Source: a virus. Taken from it: a stretch of 64,000 nucleotides of DNA. Positions 18,834 to 29,796 of the stretch are shown piece after piece (the first letter of the stretch is position 1; each line of letters starts with the position of its first letter). The translations under genes and the position numbers were made by a program. Where the stretch lies: positions 1 through 64,000 of the IMG/VR virus record IMGVR_UViG_3300028874_000370. One strand, written 5' to 3'. The notes below the pieces were generated by a model that saw only the letters and a program-made list of their open reading frames with translations, ran no database searches and was not told the origin of the DNA.

Positions 18834-20246
18834 TTATTCCAGATCGGTGACTGCTTTAATTGCTGCATCGAATTGAGCAATAACCTTTTCAAGCGTATCC
18901 GCTTCAGTTTTGTCATGCCGGATTTCAATATGACGCGGCAAAAACAATGAATATGTTTGTTTATTTCTGGCTGGCTCCAACAAGAAATTTGATCGGACAG
19001 TCATGATCTTATCAATCATTGTATCACGTTCAGCAGAAAATTTCTTACGGACATCATCTTTAAATCCGGATACATTGACTACGATTTTCCCATCTTCACT
19101 AACACATTCAATCGAGCCAAACAGTTTTTCATTCTTGCCATTACCAGGATTAAACTTTTTAATCCTGAGTTCACAATCGGCTTCCAATTTAAGCTTGACT
19201 TGGAATTTTGAAGTTGTATCTTCCCAAATCATATCTGGATGCTTGACTACAGTTCCTTCTAAGCCACGTTCCAAACATTCTTTATAATGTTCATAGGCTT
19301 CTTTCATTGATCGAACCATCTTGTATTCAATGACTCGAAGAACAGGACTGTTTATTGTATCATCTAAACAGTCTAGAAGTTTTTCAAATCTAACACTATA
19401 TTTGACATTGTACTTATTCTTTGGCCGGCATTCTGAAAGCGGAACAAGATCCCATGCATCATAGACTGCAATGCATCCTTGATCTTCTTCTTCAAGAACA
19501 CCTTCCTGTGCAATCTTGTTAAACATCCCATTACCAATTTGTCTTGGCAAGATCTTTTTGTCTGACAAACGGAGCATCAGCAATTCGCCATTCAACCGAT
19601 GGCCAAGAGGAACTTTATCCTTAACTTCGAGAATTAGTTCTTCAAAGAATTCTAGTGGGAATGGAGCACCAGCACGGCTAATGATTGTGACAGAACCATC
19701 ATCATGATGATCGATGTTTGCAAACATCCCATCGGCTTTGATCTCAGAATAAATTCCTCTTGCCCAAGGCCAAGTTTTTAGTTTGGCTTCTTTTGGAAGA
19801 CAACACCGCATATACGGAATATCAGTAATCAATTCATTCCATACTTTGTTGATCGTAGAAACATTGAAGCCCGATTTGACATCGCGCCCAATTAGTAAAT
19901 CAAGGAGTTCTTTTTCCCAGTCATGTTCTAAACCAACTCGGATATTTGCGAGCCAGGTTTTTGCAGCATGACCAGTAATCTTTCTAGCAGAAAGAGTATC
20001 TTGAATTTCGATCAACAATTCATTGGTAAGTGAGAGCGTTCCTGGTTGGGCTTGCCCATCAGAAAAAGATTGATCGATTTTCGATACGAAGAAGTTGACT
20101 CGTGGTTCATATGCCAGTCGCAAGAATTCTTTCAATTCGAGGTTATGTTCTTGTACTCGAAGAAAGTTTTCTTTAGCAAGTTTGCCTGAATCATTCCGAC
20201 ATGCGATGATAGCATCAAAGGCATCTCGCATTGATTGGTTGTGCAT
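18834..20246 (-). CDS. ATP-dependent DNA ligase (T4 gp30-like)
   Basis: EIKADG adenylation motif, NGEL, EGTVVK, VKLK, SLFLPR. Confidence 0.92.
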   Translation of the reverse strand: MHNQSMRDAFDAIIACRNDSGKLAKENFLRVQEHNLELKEFLRLAYEPRVNFFVSKIDQSFSDGQAQPGTLSLTNELLIEIQDTLSARKITGHAAKTWLANIRVGLEHDWEKELLDLLIGRDVKSGFNVSTINKVWNELITDIPYMRCCLPKEAKLKTWPWARGIYSEIKADGMFANIDHHDDGSVTIISRAGAPFPLEFFEELILEVKDKVPLGHRLNGELLMLRLSDKKILPRQIGNGMFNKIAQEGVLEEEDQGCIAVYDAWDLVPLSECRPKNKYNVKYSVRFEKLLDCLDDTINSPVLRVIEYKMVRSMKEAYEHYKECLERGLEGTVVKHPDMIWEDTTSKFQVKLKLEADCELRIKKFNPGNGKNEKLFGSIECVSEDGKIVVNVSGFKDDVRKKFSAERDTMIDKIMTVRSNFLLEPARNKQTYSLFLPRHIEIRHDKTEADTLEKVIAQFDAAIKAVTDLE

Positions 20247-20291
20247 AATTATTTTTCCATTTGGATAGAAAATAATTATAACATAAATCAA

Positions 20292-20857
20292 TTAGGCAAT
20301 GTACATATGAAAATACCATTTCAAAAAATCAAATGTAGACTTTTTTGAAATTGCATTTTTTGCTAGTTGTTCATCAACTTGTATTTTTGTATTGATTAAG
20401 CCTTTCTTAATCAATACAAGTTGATCAACTTCAGCGCTGATTTCAGACTTCAAAGGATTAGCATATGGTCCTTTGAATTGAGTAAACATAAATTTGTTAT
20501 GTTCGATCATAGAGTCAACCAGGGCAATCTTACGCTCTATTGTGGGGATCCCATCAAGATTAAGTTTACCCATGATCTTTCTCCAATATTTTAAAACATG
20601 AATTCACCAAAAACTTCGTTATACCAAGATGTGTATTCGGTCGCAAATGCTTCACCAGAATTATCAACTAAGACATCATAAGTCTTAGCAAATGTGTATG
20701 GCCCAAGGCGAGCGTACGATTGATTCAGTTCTTCGATGGTCTTGAACCATTTCAAGACTTTTTCAACCATCGCTGGAACTATTACTGTTGTCATGATTTT
20801 TACATATTCGTTGTTGTCGTTAGGATTATTATAATCAGTATTCCAAGGAATGTACAT
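20292..20857 (-). CDS. two hypothetical proteins (20292-20573, 20591-20857)
   Basis: 93 and 88 aa ORFs; the first has a GGAG SD. Confidence 0.55.
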
Positions 20858-20917
20858 ATGTTTCTTGAAATAAATCCTAAGATAAATACCTGTATAAGAT
20901 CATAAGGAATACATAAA

Positions 20918-21400
20918 GTGTCAAAGAAAAATATACCGCCACTCATTTTAGAAGAATTACAAGACAAAGCAAATTATCTATATTTGACGCTTTTGGAACA
21001 TAAAAAAGAACGATATCTAGCTATCATTGATAATATCAGAGGAACTGACATCTCAGCCTATGTGATTGATTATGCTGAAGCTGAAGGTGTAGATGTTACG
21101 TGGTTCTTAAGTGTTGCAAATATCTGGTATTATAAATCTAGTGACAAATACCCGTTATCTTTTGAATTTGCAAAACTTGGAGTGAAAGATAAAGTTGAAC
21201 CGCTGTTAAGAACATTCAATTTAGATTATGTGTCTAGAATGATAGGCAAACTCTTTGTGTATGATATAGATGCAAAACCTAGAATCAAACGGAAACGGGT
21301 CAGTGTAATTCCTTCTTCAGTAGAAATCAAACTAAAAAAGAATAAAGAAATTTCTATCTTTAAGTCTGGTCAAGATATCGATTATTCTGGTGAGGAATAA
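20918..21400 (+). CDS. hypothetical protein
   Basis: 160 aa, GTG start with AAGGA SD, ATAAATA motif upstream at 20882. Confidence 0.7.
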   Translation: MSKKNIPPLILEELQDKANYLYLTLLEHKKERYLAIIDNIRGTDISAYVIDYAEAEGVDVTWFLSVANIWYYKSSDKYPLSFEFAKLGVKDKVEPLLRTFNLDYVSRMIGKLFVYDIDAKPRIKRKRVSVIPSSVEIKLKKNKEISIFKSGQDIDYSGEE

Positions 21401-21437
21401 TGTCTGAAGAAATACTAAAAAAATATGATTTACTATA

Positions 21438-21471
21438 ATTAAAAGGTTCCAGCTGACTGGAACCTTTTAAT
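21438..21471. terminator. bidirectional terminator
   Basis: ATTAAAAGGTTCCAG-ctga-CTGGAACCTTTTAAT between convergent genes. Confidence 0.85.
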
Positions 21472-21480
21472 ATTTCTTTT

Positions 21481-22866
21481 TTATTCTGGAACAGACACGC
21501 CGTAGCTTGAATTCAAGCTATCGATGTTGCCTTGGTAGGGAATGATCCAATTCAGCCACGATGATCCATTCGAGAAATTCGAACTTCCCGCCCATAGCTG
21601 GGTGTTAGTCGATCCCGAAATTCGTTCGATGTCACTGAATCCGTAAGCACCTGTTGAAGTCAGATGAACGTTCGTCGTGTAGATATTGCCGTTCACAAAC
21701 AGGAAATCCAACAGCACTCCGTATTGCGAGTTGTACGGCAACTGCGCGACGTTCGATTGCGAATAGGTGTTGGTGCCGCTGTTGTAGAAAATCGTCGGCA
21801 CCCAATTGCCATACATGTTATCGGGGGCAGTGCCACCTAAGAGCGCGTCGTATTTTCCGATCCCTTTTATATCGATCAGTTCGACCGAATAGATCTGCGG
21901 CGAGCTGCATGAAGCACAATTCGTTGTTTGTGTTGCGCCGGCCGGCGTTTCTGGAACAACCAGTGGCAGTCGCGTAAAATTCTGCGAGAACGTGCCATCC
22001 TTGTTGTTCACTAAGAAATACGGCGTTCCGACAACATTTGGATCGGCAACGAGAATATCGTCATAGCCATTGCCATTGAAATCGGCGGCAGATGCGCCAT
22101 GGAAATATCCCGTGAACGGGAGCATCACATTTTTGTATGTGCCATCCGGCTGACTGAGCAGCATATGCGGCTGTTCACCAGAGAACGGTGCAGCATCGAA
22201 ACCATGACATGCAAAAAATACGTCCGGTTTGCCATCGCCATTGAAATCAGCAACGATGGCTTTTCTCGGATGCAAACAGCCGACAGTGTTCGACAAGATA
22301 TCGGATGTGTGATCGACCCAAACGCCATTCACTTTTTTGTAGAAGTAAATCGAGCCATAATCAGTTGCTGTCGATGGATCATTCACGTTGTAGACGAGAG
22401 TATTCACCACCATCGACTCTGTGCCGTCTTGGAAGAAATCACCATACGCGATGGCATCTCCGTACTGCGATGTAGGTGATTGAGGTCCGATTGCATTCGC
22501 AGCAGCGATCTTATTTTGATATGACGAAGCTAGTACCGGCATCGGCACGATGAGTGTGGCAGCTTGTGCCGTTTGTCCACCAGCACCAGAACATGACAAC
22601 GTGAATGATTCGGGTCCACCGGCTGTTGGAGTTTCAACAATCGATCCCGATGATGGCTGTACGCCGCTCCATGCGCCGCTTGCAGTACAGGACGTGGCAT
22701 TCGTTGCTGTCCATGTGAGAGTCGATGTTTGGCCGACGGCAATCTTTGGCGAACTGAACGACATCGTGACTGCTGGCGCTGGCGTCGAATTTCCGCCACC
22801 ACCACCACCACCTCCACATGCCGACAGCAACATGATCATCAAAATTAAAACTAATAAGTTTTTCAT
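21481..22866 (-). CDS. lipoprotein with FG-GAP/VCBS repeats
   Basis: MKNLLVLILMIMLLSAC lipobox, poly-Gly linker, Ig-like segment, ADFNGDGKPDV and ADFNGNGYDDI repeats. Confidence 0.85.
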   Translation of the reverse strand: MKNLLVLILMIMLLSACGGGGGGGGNSTPAPAVTMSFSSPKIAVGQTSTLTWTATNATSCTASGAWSGVQPSSGSIVETPTAGGPESFTLSCSGAGGQTAQAATLIVPMPVLASSYQNKIAAANAIGPQSPTSQYGDAIAYGDFFQDGTESMVVNTLVYNVNDPSTATDYGSIYFYKKVNGVWVDHTSDILSNTVGCLHPRKAIVADFNGDGKPDVFFACHGFDAAPFSGEQPHMLLSQPDGTYKNVMLPFTGYFHGASAADFNGNGYDDILVADPNVVGTPYFLVNNKDGTFSQNFTRLPLVVPETPAGATQTTNCASCSSPQIYSVELIDIKGIGKYDALLGGTAPDNMYGNWVPTIFYNSGTNTYSQSNVAQLPYNSQYGVLLDFLFVNGNIYTTNVHLTSTGAYGFSDIERISGSTNTQLWAGSSNFSNGSSWLNWIIPYQGNIDSLNSSYGVSVPE

Positions 22867-22935
22867 GTCTTTCTCCATTCAACGTTAAGTTAAATGGATA
22901 ATACTGTAATCTAAAATACTAGTAACTGGAAATTA

Positions 22936-24000
22936 TTAGTTAAAGCACTTATAAAAATACCGCATCCAACCTTTAAGCCATACTTCAAAATACTCATCCA
23001 TTTCTGCAGTTCTTCTTGGAAGAACAGTTGTTTCTTTGATTTGATCGAGTTCTGCAAACAAGTTCACCAAAATAGCTTCTACTTCAGCAAATGGCAGTTC
23101 ACCATGCTTAATAGACAATAACAAATCAATTTCTTTTTTTGGTAATGGGAATACAAGAAAACCATTACTAAGAATACGAATGGCTTGCATTGTGATCCGG
23201 ACTGCATGACTTGTAGCTTTCCAATCTACACCTTTAGCATTTTCTGCATCTTCAGCTCTAGTGCCATATTTACTAATTAGCTTTTTGACTCTATCAAAGG
23301 CTTCACCAACTGTAATATTTACAGGATATAATTTTTCAAGAATACTAATAGCAGGTAAGGTTTGATCCATATGTTCGTAAGTCGTCATGAACATATACTT
23401 GTCCGTATGATCATTAACCCACTCTACACATGTTTCTAATTTGCTTTCTGACAATGGTTTACCATCAAGTAGAACTCCAGAAATAGACAAAATTCCGGCT
23501 AAGTAATCATGAAAATTTCTAACGGAAGCAAGTCTAGATCCTTTGATCCCATAGACCTGGGCTTGATTCATTGCATATCCAATCATAGCTTTGATATTTG
23601 ACGTCAAAAATGATTCAACCAATTCCCGAGTGAATAGAATAAGATCTTTTTTACCTGTGACGTGTTCACTTAGGAATTCTTGGCCGGCTTTAAAATCACT
23701 TGATAGAATAGCAAATGCTAATTCTACAGCATATGTTTGGCCGCCAATGAAGTCATTCGCAAAAACCTGAATTGGAATGAACTCTTGATCAACATCATCT
23801 TTAGTATTACGAAGTTTATCACCACCGGTTGAAACAACTACATTGGTTGGTTTCTTTCCGATTAATAGATTTTCCAGATTTGGCAGAAATAATTCTTTCC
23901 AATCAATATCTGAAGTCGGTGTATTGGTTCCATATAATCTGGAACCAAACATAGTTTTGAATAAAGGGGTTCGACCCTGTAAAGCTTTATGATTTGACAT
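22936..24000 (-). CDS. nucleotidyltransferase (Pol-beta superfamily, T4 NrdC.11/RlaP-like)
   Basis: FGSRLYGTNTPTSDID (GS..DxD), DWKATSHAVR, LLSIKHG. Confidence 0.8.
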   Translation of the reverse strand: MSNHKALQGRTPLFKTMFGSRLYGTNTPTSDIDWKELFLPNLENLLIGKKPTNVVVSTGGDKLRNTKDDVDQEFIPIQVFANDFIGGQTYAVELAFAILSSDFKAGQEFLSEHVTGKKDLILFTRELVESFLTSNIKAMIGYAMNQAQVYGIKGSRLASVRNFHDYLAGILSISGVLLDGKPLSESKLETCVEWVNDHTDKYMFMTTYEHMDQTLPAISILEKLYPVNITVGEAFDRVKKLISKYGTRAEDAENAKGVDWKATSHAVRITMQAIRILSNGFLVFPLPKKEIDLLLSIKHGELPFAEVEAILVNLFAELDQIKETTVLPRRTAEMDEYFEVWLKGWMRYFYKCFN

Positions 24001-24011
24001 TATTTTATTTT

Positions 24012-24602
24012 TTATAAATCAACTCCAGCTGAAATTAGATGGAGCTGTAAAACAATAACCATTGCATATGCAATAGCATGACCTCGTTTAAAACTGTAAG
24101 TTTCATCTGTTAGGTCATACAATAAATTACGAACTTCTTGTTTGTTTGTTAAATATTTTTCGACCATGTGAGATTTACCTGGCCTAATTAATGCAATAGC
24201 ATCAGCTAAATCGTTAATCGATTTTGGTTGTAGCTTTCTAATGAGCTCGAAATGTTTGCTGATCTGAAATAGTTGCGTAACAACCGATTTCATTTTTAAG
24301 AGGTCCCATTCTGGCTCTAACTCAAGAAGTGCATCTATTTCTTCTTTAGATTTGAAGTGGCTGTATACCGAATTATGAAGCATATCAATTTTGAAATACC
24401 CAAGTGCTGCTGCATCCCTATGAGGGATTGCGGCCAATCCGGATAATGGATCAACCGGAATATTTTGTGGATAAATTCCACATGGATGCTTCATCGCCCT
24501 TGTATTTCCATCTTTGTCTGATAGTAATTGCATGGCAAGAGGCCAGCCAGCAAAAATCTTTGAAATCGGTGTTGACGATTTCAGATCGATGTCTACGTCC
24601 AT
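24012..24602 (-). CDS. DNA polymerase III alpha-like module, catalytic C-terminal piece
   Basis: MDVDID (DxD), KHPCGIY, GYFKIDML (third Asp), ALIRPG, YSFKRGHAIAYA. Confidence 0.85.
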   Translation of the reverse strand: MDVDIDLKSSTPISKIFAGWPLAMQLLSDKDGNTRAMKHPCGIYPQNIPVDPLSGLAAIPHRDAAALGYFKIDMLHNSVYSHFKSKEEIDALLELEPEWDLLKMKSVVTQLFQISKHFELIRKLQPKSINDLADAIALIRPGKSHMVEKYLTNKQEVRNLLYDLTDETYSFKRGHAIAYAMVIVLQLHLISAGVDL

Positions 24603-24605
24603 ATT

Positions 24606-25325
24606 TTATTCTTCTGGTGTATCAGACATTTGTTGAAGCATCCAACAAAGACGCCTATAGTCTTCGTATTCTGCTTGGTTCATATCTTTGATTAGAACTT
24701 TACAAAATCCTATCCTGACCAGTTGTTCATTAAATTTTAAACGCGAGAACATTTGACCGAAGACGATTCGAGATAAACCCTCAAAATCGTCTTCAGCATT
24801 AATCACATCACTCATTTATTCTGCTTATTAGATTGTGTAGGAGATGTGTATTGAGTCAATAACGTTTTCAACAAATAATTCTCTTCTACGAGGGAATTAA
24901 TGATGTTGTTGAGTTGTTGAATATCACTTTCTAGACGCTTTGATGTCTTGTTTACTTGCGACATAATAAACCTCCTACTGTGGAATTGTAAGGTTGAAGC
25001 TAAATTTATTTATAGGTGGATTTCATTTTTTCACTTTAGGTGTAACACATTCTCCGATAAAATTAAGCGCATCTTGCTTATCAACAAAAAACTTTACTAT
25101 GTCTTTATTTTTGCGCCAGTTGACTACATAGTCACCAATTGTCCGAAACCCCGGAACTCTTTTATAAACACTATAACCCCAAATTACCGGACTTGGTATT
25201 AAGTCACCAGAATCTTTAATGATACAACACATGATGGATGGGAAATCTTTATACCCATAGACACACCAAATAGGTTGGTCCGAACATACTATATTTAGTT
25301 CGACTTCTCCTTTTACTGTTTTCAT
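24606..25325 (-). CDS. small hypothetical proteins (24606-24815, 25023-25325)
   Basis: co-oriented short ORFs. Confidence 0.45.
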
Positions 25326-25500
25326 TATATTTCCAATTTGAGTTTATCAATCAGGGCTTCACAGGCTAAAGTCTTGCGTTGAAGTTCATTAACATATCGC
25401 TGGTCATTGTACTTAATAGCCAGTAGACTATCTCTATAATATGAGGCTTGTGCATCTCGAAGAGCAAACATCAATGTTGCTATTTCGTCTTGTGATAGTT

Positions 25501-26169
25501 TCATATTCCTAACTCTGTTGCAATCAATTTCATATTTTGGACAATTGTCGGATTAGCTTCAAACTTATCAGCCCAATATGCATATCCAATTACATTAAAT
25601 AAATTCTCGCGGTCTATATCAGATACGCCAACTAAAAATTCTTTGAATGTTTTTGAACAAAGTAAAAGCCAAGGACTCAATTGCCGTTGCCTAATCAAAT
25701 GAACAACTTCATTAGGTTCAAGTACTGAGAAAATTTTATTGACTGGTAATTCGGCAGCTTCGGCTATTTTATAAATCGTTTCCACTGTGATCGCCGCTTG
25801 ATCGATTGGATCTTGTTTACGGTCAATCCATTCCAAATACATTGAATAAAATTCATCGCGAGACCAAAGCATAGGCGAGATTGTATTCTGAACCATGAGC
25901 TTAACAAACGAATCAGTCGATGGCAAATTCAATCTTTTAGCGTGATGAAAAAATCTAACAAATGATGTAAAATATCTAGAAGTCGAAAATGTTTCTATCG
26001 TCGGCACTTTTCTTTTTTGGAGCTTCATCCAATTTGAATAAATTGCATAGGCTGCCATTCCTTCTATGGTATTGATATCCTTAGCTCGTTTCATCTGAGG
26101 ACATTCATGCTTCATGAATGAAGCCTCATGTTTAAAAATCTTAAGGCAATATCCACATTCGAATGCCAT
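25501..26169 (-). CDS. conserved phage protein with N-terminal C2H/C zinc finger
   Basis: MAFECGYCLKIFKHEASFMKHEC. Confidence 0.65.
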   Translation of the reverse strand: MAFECGYCLKIFKHEASFMKHECPQMKRAKDINTIEGMAAYAIYSNWMKLQKRKVPTIETFSTSRYFTSFVRFFHHAKRLNLPSTDSFVKLMVQNTISPMLWSRDEFYSMYLEWIDRKQDPIDQAAITVETIYKIAEAAELPVNKIFSVLEPNEVVHLIRQRQLSPWLLLCSKTFKEFLVGVSDIDRENLFNVIGYAYWADKFEANPTIVQNMKLIATELGI

Positions 26170-26561
26170 TATTTTCTCTCGTCTGGTACACCACAAAATA
26201 TACAGCTATCATCAGTTTCATATTTACTATTATGACCATCTGGCGCATCAACTAATTCGCCAGTAGCCAATTTAACCCGACCATTATCTTCTGTATAATA
26301 ATGGCACGCATGATCTAATGATTCCGGACAGTAATGACCAAAATGGAGATCGCAAATTGTACAATATGTACTACCTTCCATACCCCAGGGTTCTTGTCGT
26401 ACTACATATCCAATAGAATGTGTGCATGATGATTTGCGATCATAATATTCGTTTCTTGCTTCATCCATTGCATCGTGTAGATCATTAATTTCCTGTTTAA
26501 AGGCTTTCTGTTCTTCAGATAAAGGTAATTCAACAACTTGTTTTTTATTCTTCTTAGCCAT
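26169..26561 (-). CDS. Cys/His-rich hypothetical protein
   Basis: CTIC..YCPESLDHACHY..CIFCG. Confidence 0.55.
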   Translation of the reverse strand: MAKKNKKQVVELPLSEEQKAFKQEINDLHDAMDEARNEYYDRKSSCTHSIGYVVRQEPWGMEGSTYCTICDLHFGHYCPESLDHACHYYTEDNGRVKLATGELVDAPDGHNSKYETDDSCIFCGVPDERK

Positions 26562-27021
26562 TATTTTTTAATTCCTTTTTTAACTTGGACAGAGCGTCTT
26601 TTTGATATCCGAGATCTTCAGCCATTGCTATGATATCTTCCGAAGATAATAATTTTATTGCTGCAGTCGCTTCACGAACACCCCAATCGTAATATTCCAT
26701 CACGATATCCAGACCTTTAATTTTTTTAGTTTTACTTTTAGAAGCGGTCCAAGAATATCGCCTAGGAATTCCTGAACTGGCCGCGCATTGGAGTTTATAC
26801 AATAGCTCTGGGTGTTTTCCCAGATTGAAGACATACCTATTGACTAGTTCATTAACATGTAAAATTTGTTTAGGATCATTACATCCGGTCGACCACCTCA
26901 TCGCAATCAGTGGAGAATATCCTTTACGTTGTTCTGGAGTTAGCTTACTAAAAAATGAAGTGTCTTTTTTATCGATGGCCGCTAGGAGTTGCCAGATATC
27001 TAATGCAAATTCTTTTGACAT
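26554..27021 (-). CDS. probable clamp loader small subunit (gp62-like)
   Basis: size, position near the RFC-like gene, YSPLIAMRW and MEYY..REA..LLS patterns. Confidence 0.55.
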   Translation of the reverse strand: MSKEFALDIWQLLAAIDKKDTSFFSKLTPEQRKGYSPLIAMRWSTGCNDPKQILHVNELVNRYVFNLGKHPELLYKLQCAASSGIPRRYSWTASKSKTKKIKGLDIVMEYYDWGVREATAAIKLLSSEDIIAMAEDLGYQKDALSKLKKELKNNG

Positions 27022-27079
27022 GTTATTCTTATGTTGTATGTTTTATTTTACTACAACTCAATCTATCTTTGGTCTTGAT

Positions 27080-27352
27080 TTAAAACAATTCCAATTGGAT
27101 AGGATCTTTTCTCTTTCGAAGTGTCCTGATTGACACTTCGCATGGGAGAGCATCCCCAAAAGGTAGCAGACATAGGTATTCATCTTTACCATGAGAATAT
27201 ACTTCTTCATAGATATGTAGTGAATTTCTAGTTTCTATAGGGTGTGAATGGAGTAAAACCTCCAGATAAAAAGCTTGAGCATGACCAAGCGGGAGAATCT
27301 CGTAGTCATATTTACCCAAGACTTCATCTAAGAATTCATCTAACATATTCAT
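27080..27352 (-). CDS. hypothetical protein
   Basis: start at MNMLDEF overlapping the stop of the clamp loader gene. Confidence 0.5.
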   Translation of the reverse strand: MNMLDEFLDEVLGKYDYEILPLGHAQAFYLEVLLHSHPIETRNSLHIYEEVYSHGKDEYLCLLPFGDALPCEVSIRTLRKRKDPIQLELF

Positions 27353-28281
27353 AGTGCGTCCAAACGAATGCATAATGCAGCAAAATTTAATTCTTGATTT
27401 GCCATCATGCTGTTTTTGTATAGATAATCCGCAATTAAAACAATAGCAGATTCTTGTATTTCTGGTGTCCAAGATTTGATAGCATCAACATTTTCGTACA
27501 TAAATGAATACAAATCTTCATATTCATCATTGCTAACATTTTCACTGACTACTTTTCGTGCTTCTCGGAGATTTCCTCTGCCAAACAATTCTAAGAGTTT
27601 GAATTTGTAATCATGACTGGTTGCTGATTCTGGTTCGGTCAATTTCCCATCGACCGAATTATCTTGAAGTGTCATGAGGAGAGCACGAAGATCTGGATAA
27701 CAGGATCTGATATATTTTTCCAACAAATCAATATCAAAATCAACACCTTCATTGACTAGGATATTTGCTACTAAAACAGCAGAGTCTTCAAAGGCCGGAG
27801 CTTTAAAAACATAATGGGTTAGGCGAGATTTTAAAGCTTGAGTGATCTTGTTTGCATGATTACATGTTCCAATGAACCGGACATGATCAGAATAATCTTC
27901 AGTGATTACACGAAGAGCATCTTGTGCAGCTGGTGAGAGACGATCCATTTCTTCTAATTGAACTGCTTTGAATGGGCCGCATGCATAGGATTCAACGAAG
28001 TTGGATATTTTCTCTCGCATAACGTCCACACTATTTTCTTTAGATGCATTGATTCGAAGGATATCAATAGGATCTAAATTAAATTCTGCAATCAGCGCAT
28101 TTGAAATTGATGACTTACCAGAACCAGGAGGACCGGATAAAAGTAAATGTGGGAATACTCCATCATTGACATATTTGTTAAATTTACTTTTTTGTGAAGG
28201 ATTTTGAAATACAACCTCAGAAAGATTCTTTGGCATATACTTCCGAACCCAAAGCTGTTTGATGTTACTAGATTTTGCCAT
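27349..28281 (-). CDS. clamp loader large subunit (gp44/RFC family)
   Basis: LWVRKYMPK, HLLLSGPPGSGKS, INAS, LEEMDRLS, ALKSRL, YPDLR. Confidence 0.92.
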   Translation of the reverse strand: MAKSSNIKQLWVRKYMPKNLSEVVFQNPSQKSKFNKYVNDGVFPHLLLSGPPGSGKSSISNALIAEFNLDPIDILRINASKENSVDVMREKISNFVESYACGPFKAVQLEEMDRLSPAAQDALRVITEDYSDHVRFIGTCNHANKITQALKSRLTHYVFKAPAFEDSAVLVANILVNEGVDFDIDLLEKYIRSCYPDLRALLMTLQDNSVDGKLTEPESATSHDYKFKLLELFGRGNLREARKVVSENVSNDEYEDLYSFMYENVDAIKSWTPEIQESAIVLIADYLYKNSMMANQELNFAALCIRLDAL

Positions 28282-28314
28282 ATATAAATTCAGTATAAAG
28301 TTAAAAAGAGAAAA

Positions 28315-29787
28315 TTACTTCTTGTCCACATATTCTTCAAGAAGTTTTGGATTTATCCAATGCGGACCAAGGAAGGTAAACCCAGACCCATTCATGTTAT
28401 CCAATGAAATAGGATCTAGCAAAGATGCACTAGGAGTGACGACAGCGGCTTCGTTCTCATCAGGCACATATTCCTCTTCATCTTCCTGAACAGGTTCGCT
28501 AGGAGGTTCCTGGTGATCTCTGGCGCCAAATATCCGATCAAGAGCAAGGTCTAATCGAATTCGTTCTTCGTCAGTTAGATTACCTTCTGGATTAACTGTT
28601 AGAATTTGTCTAAGAACTTCATCAAGATGTTCTTTAGTTGTTTGGGTTAATTCAGGAACTATAGGCTTTTGAACTTCTAGAGTGTTCAATACTTCATTAG
28701 GGATACGAACCGGTTCCCAATCTGGTAGATCAATTGATTTGCCCGGGACCGGATCTTTTGAAACTGGCCAAGGCCAAGGTCCTAAATCAACTAATGGTTC
28801 TTCAGAATCAACTCTAGAAGTTTTAATTAATTCATTGAGCTGTTCAAAGCTTTTTCTGGCTTCATCTTCGGTATTATATTCGGGTTCAATCTCTTCAATC
28901 CTAGAAATTTCTGGCTCTGATAAAACTTCAGAAGATTCTGAAGTTTTATGAGTTTCAATATCGATAGGATTTTGTTTATAAGTGAAATCATGAAGTTCAA
29001 AATTTTGAACTGGTTCTTGGCCAGGAAGTTCTGTAACACGAGAACCTTTACCTTTTCCAGGCCCATCAAAAATATAGGTTTTTATATTATCTTCTTCCGG
29101 TTTTGATTCTTCTTCACGATACACCATCAATCTATTTCCAGTAATTAGGAATGCTATTGATAATGGATCGAATACAAAGATGATCAATGCAATGACTACG
29201 GACACAGCTTCATCGGGTGTTATACCGAGTGCTTGAGATAAGAACATGACCGGTCCTACTGCAGTGTGCAATTGGACTTGCTGTGTTTGCAGTTTTGGAA
29301 GCTGCAGGTCAATTTCACTTAGTCTTGCATTGATTTTATCTTCTTCTGGTTTAAAAGTTTTAATAAGCCGTTGGCGGCCTGCTACCAAATTAGAAGGAAG
29401 TTGATCAATTTGTTTATCAATTTCAGTTTTTCTATTTTCTAAAGTAGTTTGTTCTTTAAGAACATTATCAAGGACAATTTGATTTCCTTGATTAGGCAAC
29501 ATCGCTTTTTGAAATGAATTTGACAAATACCCAGCAATACCAGAAGATGTAATTACTGCTAAGACTAATACCGCAGCAATCAAATACCCTTTAACTGCAG
29601 TATTTAGATACGACCATTTTTTAGCTAATACACTAACTGCTATAATCTTGCAGAAATCGAGAATAACCGCCATCAGCATAATGACTGGATCAGCAGCAAA
29701 AGTTGCTGCCAAACCAGTCACCGAGATAAAAGTTCCGATTCCTTCCAATGACAATGCTGCCATGAAAAGCAATAGGACTAAAAACAT
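28315..29787 (-). CDS. membrane protein with coiled coil and acidic C-terminal tail
   Basis: three N-terminal TM helices, ITSSGIAGYLS, coiled coil, LIIFVFDPL TM. Confidence 0.7.
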   Translation of the reverse strand: MFLVLLLFMAALSLEGIGTFISVTGLAATFAADPVIMLMAVILDFCKIIAVSVLAKKWSYLNTAVKGYLIAAVLVLAVITSSGIAGYLSNSFQKAMLPNQGNQIVLDNVLKEQTTLENRKTEIDKQIDQLPSNLVAGRQRLIKTFKPEEDKINARLSEIDLQLPKLQTQQVQLHTAVGPVMFLSQALGITPDEAVSVVIALIIFVFDPLSIAFLITGNRLMVYREEESKPEEDNIKTYIFDGPGKGKGSRVTELPGQEPVQNFELHDFTYKQNPIDIETHKTSESSEVLSEPEISRIEEIEPEYNTEDEARKSFEQLNELIKTSRVDSEEPLVDLGPWPWPVSKDPVPGKSIDLPDWEPVRIPNEVLNTLEVQKPIVPELTQTTKEHLDEVLRQILTVNPEGNLTDEERIRLDLALDRIFGARDHQEPPSEPVQEDEEEYVPDENEAAVVTPSASLLDPISLDNMNGSGFTFLGPHWINPKLLEEYVDKK

Positions 29788-29796
29788 TTTAAACCT

